Assembly: GCF_000315625.1 (NCBI RefSeq)
Contig: NW_005434596.1
Span: forward strand, 338,120-373,845
From: Guillardia theta CCMP2712
Lineage: Eukaryota > Protista > Cryptophyta
Direction of reading: 5' to 3'
DNA: 35,726 bases
The first letter of the stretch is position 1, and every line of letters begins with the position of its first letter. Below are positions 1-8,800 of the stretch, piece by piece. A model generated the notes under the pieces. That model searched no databases, was not told the DNA's origin, and saw only the letters and a program-made list of their open reading frames with translations. A program made the position numbers and the translations under genes.

Positions 1-208
1 AGTAAGGAGGTGGAGAAGAATCAGGAGGTGGAAGAGGAGCTGAAAGGACGGGGGAGGGAGGAGGAGGGAGGGAGGAGGAGGGAGGGAGGGAGGAGGGAGG
101 GAGGGAGGGAAAACACAGCGCAGGAAGCGAAGGAAGATGCCAGGGAAAATTCAAAACTTGGAGCGAAGAGGAAAGGAGGAGGGAAGGTGAAGAAGCAGCA
201 GCAATCAC

Positions 209-3200
209 TTGTCTCATCGCATCGAAGGTGAGAAAGTCTCCCTCGTCTATCTGGTACCTCTCCTTCATGTAATCCTGCCAACCAGTCAAGAACTCAACGG
301 CTGCGATGTCAGGAAGGTGAGGTCAAATTCGCAGAACTTACAAGTCTTGCTCGGAGAATCTTGGAAAGAGTGTACTGGAAGGGAATACCGATGATTATCA
401 CAGCTCTGTTGAGGTTAAGATGTCAGACCGCAAGGTAGTTCCTTGACATGAATACCTTCCGTAATGTTTGTCAAAATCGATTCCCTCAGCGACTTTTCCT
501 GTTAGGCAGCGATCAGGATGGGAAGAGAGCAGGAAAGGGGAGGGGGGAGGAGGGGAGGGGACAGGACAGGACAGGACAGGACAGGACAGGACAGGACAGG
601 ACAGGAGGGGAGGGGACAGGACAGGACAGGACAGGACAGGAGGGGAGGGGAGGGGAGGGGACAGGACAGGACAGGACAGGACAGGACATGAGGGGAGGGG
701 AGGGGACAGGAGGGCAAAGATGATTTAGAGGACAAGGAAGAGGAGGCAGGGTGAGGGACGAGAGATTGGCGGAGGGATGAGACGAGGCAAGTGGAGGATG
801 GATTGGAAGAGCGAGGAGGAGAGAGGAGGAGAGAGGAGGAGAGAGGAGGAGAGAGGAGGAGAGAGGAGGAGGAAAAAGGAGAGGATGGGGGAGGTCACCA
901 CCTCGTGCTACAGAGAAGAAGACGGCTCCTCGTCCACAGTCACAGGCTCTCTTGAAGTTCTCTAACGCAAGAGTCGTCTCTACCACATCCTGCAGTTTAA
1001 CGAGTAGTGTGAGGGCCAAGGAGGAGAAGGAAGGGAGAGAAGCCAAGAGGGAGAAGAAGTTTGAGAGGAGGGGAGGGAAGTGGATAGAACAATAGAGAAG
1101 CGCAGGAGGAGGAGAAGGAGGAGCAGGAGGAGGAGCAGGACAAAAGAGGAAGAGGAAGAGGAAGAGGAAGAGGAAGAGGAAGAGGAAGAGGAAGTGGAAG
1201 AGGAAGAGGAAGAGGAAGAGGAGGAGGATGGAAAGGAGGAGCAGGAGCAGGAGGAGCAGAAGGAGGAGCAGGAGGAGCTAACCTGGGTCTCGATGAACAG
1301 GAGCTTGTAGGTAGTGATCTGTTCAAGGACTTTGCCGTTGGCCCAGGCCCCGACCACTTCCTCCATGTAGCGGTAGGAGGGGAAGAAGACCACCATGCCG
1401 TCAGGAACGCAGGAGGAGAGCTCGACGATCAGCCGCCCGTAGTTGTGAATGATGGACCTGTCGCTCCTGCTCTGATACCGCGCGTTGAGAGGCATCTGGT
1501 CGGAGCCGCGGGTGACGATCATGGGGCAGATACATTGGCGGGAAAGGGACATTTCGAAGGTCTTGGTGAGGGGGACAAAGTTGAGGATCTTGGGGTAGAG
1601 ATCGATAGGGCTCAGGGTCCCCGAGGTGATGACAACGGACTGGAAGTGCTCGAAGACAGGCTTGATCGCAAGGGAGGCGTCGAGGCATGCGAGGTGAAGG
1701 ATGGGATCGGGCACGTTGGGCAGACGCTCGTCGAAGGGTTCGATGATGATCTTGAAGCCCTGCGGAGAGGAGGAGGAGGAGGAGGACGGGCAAGGGAGAT
1801 AGAGGGAGCAGAGGGGGAGGGAAGCAAGTACAGGAAGGAGCAGTGTAAGGGAGAGGAGGAGCAAAGGAGGCGGGGAGAGGAGAAACAAGGGGAGCAGGAG
1901 AAGGGGGAACGAGAGGCAGAGCAGGAGGGGAGGAGAGAAAGAGATCAGCAACCAGCTCAGCGTCCAAACCCATAAGCTTCCTCACCTGAGTGTACGTGGA
2001 GACAAGCGCGCAGAAGTCAGCGACGAGGGAGAGGGGAGTGTAGGTGTCCACGTCGACGACCTCGAGGGTGTGCAGGAGGGACTTGAGCCTCTGGGCGGAG
2101 AAGCGGAGGGACTTGGGCTCCTGCAGCTGCATCTTCTGCATGAGGGAGCGGACGAAGGGGACGTTGTCGGTCATCTCCACCGTGTTGGAGACTCGAAGCC
2201 GCTCCTTGAGGAAGTCGACGACCTTGCGCATGAAGCTGATGAAGTTGTGCGCTTGTATGATGTCGCCGGGGATCAACTGCTCGAGCTCGTTGGCGAACCC
2301 GACCGGATCCCCTCCGAACTGATCGGAGAGAGGAGCTCCGGTGATAGCTCCTGACCCTTGCAGACCTGATGCAAGCAAGGCTGGGTCAGCGAGGGAGTAG
2401 TAGTAGGAGGAGCAGGAGCAGGAGCAGGAGGAGTAGGAGGAGTAGGAGGAGAAGGAGGAGAAGGAGGAGGGGGGGGGGGATCACCTGCCACCAGCCTCTC
2501 GTACTCCTGTCGAAGCTGCTCAGCGTTCTGCTCTTTGCTCTTCTCGATGGCGCGGGAGAGGGTCGCGATGTTCCTCGAAGCGCCGTCGAGGTTCTTCTTG
2601 TTGATGTTGACACTCAAGGCCTCGATGCAAACGTTGTCGATGTTGTGAGCCTCGTCGAACACCAAGATGCTCTCCTTCTCAACATCGCGTGACACCAGCA
2701 GAGAGATCTTGGGGTCGATCACGTACGCGTAGTTGTACACGATGACGTTGGCGTAACGGATCATGTGCCTGGCGGTGAAGTAGGGGCACCACCCCTTTTC
2801 CTTCCCCATGTTCCTCAGGTCGTCCAGGGTGTACACGCCAGGCTGGAGGAGACTCTGAGAGCCATGCTTGTCGAAGCCTTCAAAGAAGCTGCAGACGTTG
2901 ATGTTGTTGTCTTGCTCCTTACGCTGCCTCACCCACGACGCCGTGATGGATCGGCACTGTGCGTCTACTGCGATCCTGTCCGACTCTTGGGAGATCTCAG
3001 GATGAATGCACATGTTCCTCCTCGAGGAGAGCCCTAGCGCGAGGATCTTCCCGCCCTCTGCGCCGAGGATGGACGTGCGATACTTGATCAGCTCCCTCAG
3101 CTCCTCAAGCGCCTTCTCCATCTCCGGCACGGTTCGCGTGCAGTACACCAGCTTCGGGACCTCGGGGTGTGCGAGCTGGTAGGAGGTGATGAGCGAGAGG

Positions 3201-3353
3201 AGCGTGATGGTCTTGCCCGTCCCGTCGGCATCTCTAGCATGCAGTGCTGCTTCGCGTCCAGGGAGCGTTTGAGCTCGACCATGTAGTCTCGCTGCTCCTT
3301 GTAGATGTAGGGGTAGGGAAGTAGACTGTGACTTCATCGATGTTGAAGATCAT
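209..3353 (-). CDS. ERCC2: TFIIH/NER 5'-3' DNA helicase XPD (Rad3 family), spliced, 3' end outside the window
   Basis: Exons with GT-AG borders and consistent phase: 3353-2485, 2365-1986, 1759-1283, 989-902, 498-456, 405-342, 274-209. Motifs: start [13 protein letters not shown], Walker A MPTGTGKT, four Fe-S cysteines (NMCIHP, AQCRS, NVCSFF, WCPYF), DEAH box [40 protein letters not shown]. Two 1-nt losses (~3317, ~3222) must be corrected to keep exon 1 in frame. Confidence 0.96.
559..710 (+). repeat. (GGACA)n/(GGGGA)n pentanucleotide microsatellite inside an XPD intron
   Basis: Directly visible runs of acagg interleaved with gggga, within intron 901-499. Confidence 0.9.
1147..1278 (+). repeat. 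(GAGGAA)n then (GGAGCA)-type microsatellite inside an XPD intron
   Basis: Directly visible tandem hexamers within intron 1282-990. Confidence 0.9.
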
Positions 3354-3786
3354 GTTGGCGGCAAGCTCGACAGCTCTCACAGCATGAAGTTGTGGTTCGT
3401 CAGGCGGTTGAGGAGGGAGGAGGAGCGAGGAGGAGCGAGGCGAGGAGCTGTGATGAGTGGGCTAGGGGATGGACGACGCGAAATCAAAGAAGAGACAGTG
3501 AAGATGGAAGGTAGCAAGAGGACTGGAGGTCAGTGAGGAGGGTGGCGGGGAGAGGAAGGAGGAGGATGAAGGTAGCAAGAGGACTTGGGAGGAGGGAGGA
3601 GGGAGGAGGAAGAAGGGTAGAGAGAGAAGGGAGGAGGGTAGAAGGAGGAGGGAGAAGGGTAGAGGGAGGAGGGAGGCAACAAATATGGCGAGGCGATTGC
3701 TTTAGAGTGGGAGGACAGCAAATGATATTTAATACCTCTTACTAGTCATACTCGGAAGCTTCTCGGGCAGCAGTCCCATATAAGGC

Positions 3787-5467
3787 ATGGCGGTGCTGTG
3801 CTTGGCGCTAGCGGCGATGCTGGCAGAGACGGTGAAGGCGTTCAATGCCGCTCCTCCTCTCCATGCTCCTCGAGCGAGCACATCAATGCTGTGCCATGCT
3901 GCTCTTCTCCCAGATCCTCGTCCTGCCGCGCTGAGGAGAGTCAGAGGAGCCTCGCAGGGGTTGAAGATGATGGCAGAGGGGAAGGAGAAGCTTCCTCTGG
4001 CGACGTTGACGAAGGAGACGGAATGGTCGATGGCGATCGCCCTCGACGATGGAGCAGAGCTAGCAGTGACTGCATGCTTCCAAGGTGCTATGAGAAGGGG
4101 AGGGGGAGGGGAGGGAGGAGGGAGGGAGGGTGGGAGGGAGTTGACATGTGCGGCAGAGGATGAGGGGTATGAACCTCCGCAGGGACCTCTTATCGTCAGA
4201 AACAGCTCGTTTGTGCAGGGAGGATTCTGGAAGCTCGGAGAAGATCCAGCAAAAGAAGGTGAACGAGGAAGGATGGGGGTTAGTGAGGGAGGGGAGGGAA
4301 GTGGAGATTGGGCGAAGAAAGAGGAGGAGCAGGAGGAGAAGGAAGAGAAAGAGGAGAAAGACGACGAGAAGGAGCAGGAGGAGGAGCAGGAGGAGGAGCA
4401 GGAGCTTACCTTTCAATACATCAGGGTTTGACAAAGCTGGTCTTTGGATCTGGGGGCTGTTTGAGGAACCGAAATACCCTTTCATCTTTTTTGAGGTCAA
4501 GCAAAACAACTCTCCTCTTCTGCTCTCTCCTTTCCCCTCCTCCTCCTCTTGTTTGTACCTTCCCCCTTCCTCCTTCCTCTCGTGTGCTGCCCTCCCCAAC
4601 CCTTCTCATCCTCCCTTTTCTCTAGCTCTCCTCCTCCTCCTCCTCCTCCTCGTCCTCGTCCTCGTCCTCGTCCTCCTCCTCCTCTCTTGCTCTCCTCTTG
4701 ATCTCCTCTTCTGCTGCTCGTCTCAGTCTCTCCCCCTTGCTTTCTCTGCAACCTGACAGCTTTACAGCTTCAAATCACGAAGGAAATCTCTACGTCCCAG
4801 GGCACCATCGCTCCTCAAGTTCTCTACGCGCAGGTCGAAGCTGCTGGGAAGGGAGTGGTTATGCTGGCTGTGGATGACGATGATGATGATGATAATGATG
4901 GAAATGGTGGTGGTGATGATGATGGAGATGATGATGATGGAGATGATGATGATGGAGATGATGATGAAGATGAGGAGGAGCAGAAGGAGGAGGAAAGAAT
5001 GTGACAAGAGGAGCAGGCCAAGGTGACGAGGGATCGGGAGCGAGGAGTGACGCTCAGTGATGGGCAACTGACGGTCAAGAAGTCGACGACGATGCAGGTG
5101 ACAAGGAGAGCAGGGGAGCAAGAGGAGGAAGGGGAGAGAAGAACAAGAGGAGGAAGGGGAGAGGAGGAGGAGGAGGAGAGGAACAGGAGGAAACAGGACA
5201 AAGCAGAGGGGAGGGCGACAGGAGAGAAAAGAGTGGGGATGGACTGATGAAGTAAAGATGCGGGGAGGCAAGAGAGAGAAAGGGAATGAGGAGGAAGAGG
5301 AGGAGGAGGAGGAGGGAAGAGGGGGAGGGGGGAAGGGAGGAGGGAAGGAGCAGGAGGGGAGGAGGGAGGAGGGAGGACTAACGGACTGTTGAACCCATCA
5401 GGCGGATCTGATCGGGTTGTCGGAGGCTGTCATCTCAGAGTCCCTTCCCTGTGGGACCTTCTCGTAA
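3787..5467 (+). CDS. Uncharacterised nucleus-encoded, probably plastid-targeted protein with a bipartite leader
   Basis: Exons 3787-4084, 4157-4258, 4425-4495, 4768-4833, 5017-5097, 5402-5467 join in frame through GT-AG introns and end in TAA. Hydrophobic signal peptide MAVLCLALAAMLAETVKA, then F-NAAP (Phe at +1) and an S/R/A/P-rich transit-like stretch. Protein-like core EDEGYEPPQG...FWKLGEDP...GLWIWGLFEEPKYPFIFF. Confidence 0.75.
4870..4972 (+). repeat. (GAT)n/(GGAGAT) intronic microsatellite
   Basis: Directly visible, inside intron 4834-5016. Confidence 0.85.
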
Positions 5468-5724
5468 GATTCTTCTCCTTCCCGCTGTCCTGTTGACCCC
5501 ACAAGTCTGACAGCTCCCTGCAGGCTGAGACAGGTTTCGTGATTTCTCCACCGGATCTGTGCAGGTGCTGGAGCAGCAGTATGAGGCGCCTTTCCTTGTG
5601 CCCCCCGCTGCTCCCTCCTCCTCCTCTCGTCTTCATGTTTTTGTAATTCTTCACTTCCTTATTGTTACATGACAACCCGTTGACCCGCTGAGCAAATGAA
5701 CCTTTCTGCGAATGAATCATCCTT

Positions 5725-5751
5725 TGTTCCTGCTCCTGCTCCTGCTCCTGT

Positions 5752-5787
<36 letters not shown>
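5725..5787 (+). repeat. (CTCCTG)n microsatellite between two convergent 3' ends
   Basis: Directly visible tandem hexamers. Confidence 0.85.
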
Positions 5788-5898
5788 ACCGCACCAACAC
5801 TACCACCAACTCTACCACCACTAGTTCCTCTTCCTCCTGCTCCTCCTCCTCCTCGTTATGTTCGGTCTCAGGGCTCTGGTTTCATAGTTGTCTTCATG

Positions 5899-8800
5899 CT
5901 ATATCACACAACAAGAGCATTCGAAGGGACAAGGTCCATTGAGCTTGAGATGTGCATTTTCACGCTTCAAGTCCGCCTCCTATAACACTCCTCGTCAGTC
6001 GCTCTCCTCCTCCTCCTCCTCCTCCACCTCCTCCTCCCCCTCCCCTCCCCTCCCTCCCTCCTTCTGTCTCACCGTGTATACTCGAAGCATCCCAAAGTCA
6101 GTTTGGACCATTGGCAAACTAGCGGCTGCGGGACCAAAACGAGGAGAATGTCAGGGGAATTCGACAACAAGGACGAGGAAGAGGAGGGGAGGATTGTTCT
6201 CTCCTCCTCCTCCTCCTCTTCCTCCTCCCCTCCTCACCTGGTAAGGGAAACGCTCCTTTGCGAGTTGTCTCGTCTTCTTCAAAGATGTCGTGCTCCTGAG
6301 CAGAGCAAATTCAACGCAAGGAAACAAGACATGAGGAAAGGTGTGAGGGTGTGGCCATTGGTTGAGGGGAGGGTCATTGGAGCAGGAGCAGGAGCAGGAG
6401 CACAGGAGCAGGAGCAGGAGCACACGAGCACAGGCAGGAGGAGGAGAAGCTCACAGGGATCTTGTGGAGATCTCTCAATCTTTTCGGGGTGGAGATCTGC
6501 ATGATAGCTCAGCAACCGAGAGAAACGACAAGACTTGACCTGGATCGTGTGATTCGTAAGAACTTCCGTCCAGTACTGCTGCAGTCTCGTTTCTGAGTCT
6601 TTCCTATCCCACAACGCGCCCGCCCTCTCCTGATCCGTCTGCAAGCTCGTCTCCTCCCGCCTCCTCAGAGCAAGCCTCTTCTCTTCTGCTCTCCTCCTCT
6701 CCATCTTCCTCTCCTCTTCTTGCAAGGACACCATCTGCATGCGGAGAGGACGAATCTGGTCCAACAAGATCTTCACGTGCTGACTTTGGACGCCCATATC
6801 TTCCAGATCTTGCTTATCTACGTTGGTCAGGTGCCGCCCGTCCACCCTGAACGCTGAGAAAATCTTCTTGTACAGGGTAGCGCTGTCCTCCCCGAACGAA
6901 GACGCATGCCTGCCAATCCATCGCTCTACGTGCATGGAGTTCCAGCTCGACACGTTGCCTGGCAGCCTCTCGTGCCTGCTCCTGACCTTGATGGGGTATC
7001 TATCCTCATACATTACCCCATCCCTCATTCCATCGATGAAGAACTTCTGCATGAGACCTCGGTCGGACTTGAGCTCTTCCGCTCCCGGGTCCCGCATCTC
7101 GAATCTCCTCATCGTCTGCGACTGCTCGAAGAGCATCTTCGACGGCTTCTCTACCTCGCTCCTGCTGGGCTCCTTGGCGGCTAACTCCTCCCTCACTGCC
7201 CGCACCTTCTCGAGCTCTCTCTCCACTGCCATCCTGCCGTCAAGCTGCGCATGACGTCAGCGTCAAACATGGTGAGGAGCCGTCGGTCTCACTCCTTTCT
7301 CCCTCATCATCCGCATCCGATCAAGCGGGTGAATCGACATCCATTCTCTGCCAGCGCAAGAAAGAAGAGGAGGGGGGGGCAACGGGAGCAGGAGCAGGAG
7401 CAGGAGAAGGAGGAGCAGGAGGAGCAGGAGGAAAGGGGGGGAATGAGCAGGAGCAGGAGCCGGAGCAGGAGCAGGAGCAGGTAAGAAGGAGCAAGTAGAA
7501 GAGATCGATCAGCTAAAGGGTTCTTTGCGACTTCACTCGGATCTCACCTCTCCTTCTTCCTCTTCAGACGTTCTTTTTCCTTCAGCCTCTTCCTCTTACT
7601 CTTCGACATCTTCATCGTCCTCCAAGTCAAGGTGGAACAGGGCAGTCACAAACTGACCTTCTCCGTTCCCCTTCCCGTCCCTTCCCTGCTGCTCGACCCT
7701 GCCAGAGGGTCAGCTGCTGTGCAGCAGGAAGTTTCACTTCAGCCTCTCACCATCGTCGTCGTCGTCGTCGTCGTCTCCCAGCGAGTCATCCTCCTCCGAT
7801 ATCTCACCGTCAACCGTTTCCCTCCTCACTCCCGAGTCGCTGGAAGGGCCCGGAAGCTCTTCGATCATTGCCTCCCCGATCTCAGCCTCTTCCTCCCCCG
7901 CTGCCGCTGAATCGGTCGAGTCTCCGAAGATCTCCCGCCTTCCCCTCCTCTCAGCGTCGTCTCTTCTGTTGTTGTTCCTTCATGGCCGTCAATCCCCCGA
8001 AACGATGCAGCGATGGTGGCGGGTGGAGAAGGGAGAGGAGAGAGGGAAGGGAGGCGAGGAAGAAGAGGGAGTGGAGGCAGTGGGGGGAGGGGAGGGAGGG
8101 AAGGGAGGGAAGGGAGGAAGGAAGGAAGAAGAGGAGGGAGAGGGAGAGGAGGGAGGGGAGGGAGGGGAAGGCGGGCAGGAAATACGAAATAGGTAAAAGG
8201 AAGAAGAAGAAAAGGATGATCATGGGGAGGAGCTGGCACCAAAGGAAAAGGCGGGGGGAGGGAAAGATGAGCTGAAAATTTACCCTGTTGCCTGCAGTGA
8301 CATGGCAGATCTCCTCGCTTTGTCGAAGATGGAGTTGACGTCCTCAGGTTCATCTCGCAGAGTCTCCTCCTCTCCTCCCTCCCTCCTCCTCCTCTTTGCT
8401 TCCTTCTCCCTCCTCTCCTCATCTCTCTTCATGAACCTCTTCAGCTCCACGTATCGCTTCTGGTGCACGTTGGCCCTCCCCTTCACGTACGAGTACTTCT
8501 CATCCAGCGGGTCCAGCTATCAGGCCAGCTGTCATCCCAAGCAATTCCCGCGAACTGCTTCTTCTCACCCGAAAATCCGGGTCGGTGTAGATGGCTTCAA
8601 AGCGTTCATCCACCCTCGAAGGCTCGAGCTGCGAGAAGAGCAAGTGTGAGACGATTAACTGAGAATGAGGAAGGGAGAGGAAAGGAGGGGAGGGGAGGGA
8701 AGGGAAGGGAAGGGGAGGGGAGGGAAGGGGAGAGGATAGAAGGAGAGGAGGCATCTACCGATTCCATTGAATCCAAATCGAGGTTCTTGCTTGCAAGCAC

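Noticed and set aside
10-1326. Many short ORFs rich in poly-E/R/G/S/L or GQDRT repeats
   Set aside because: They are translations of intronic microsatellites within XPD; simple repeats lack stop codons.
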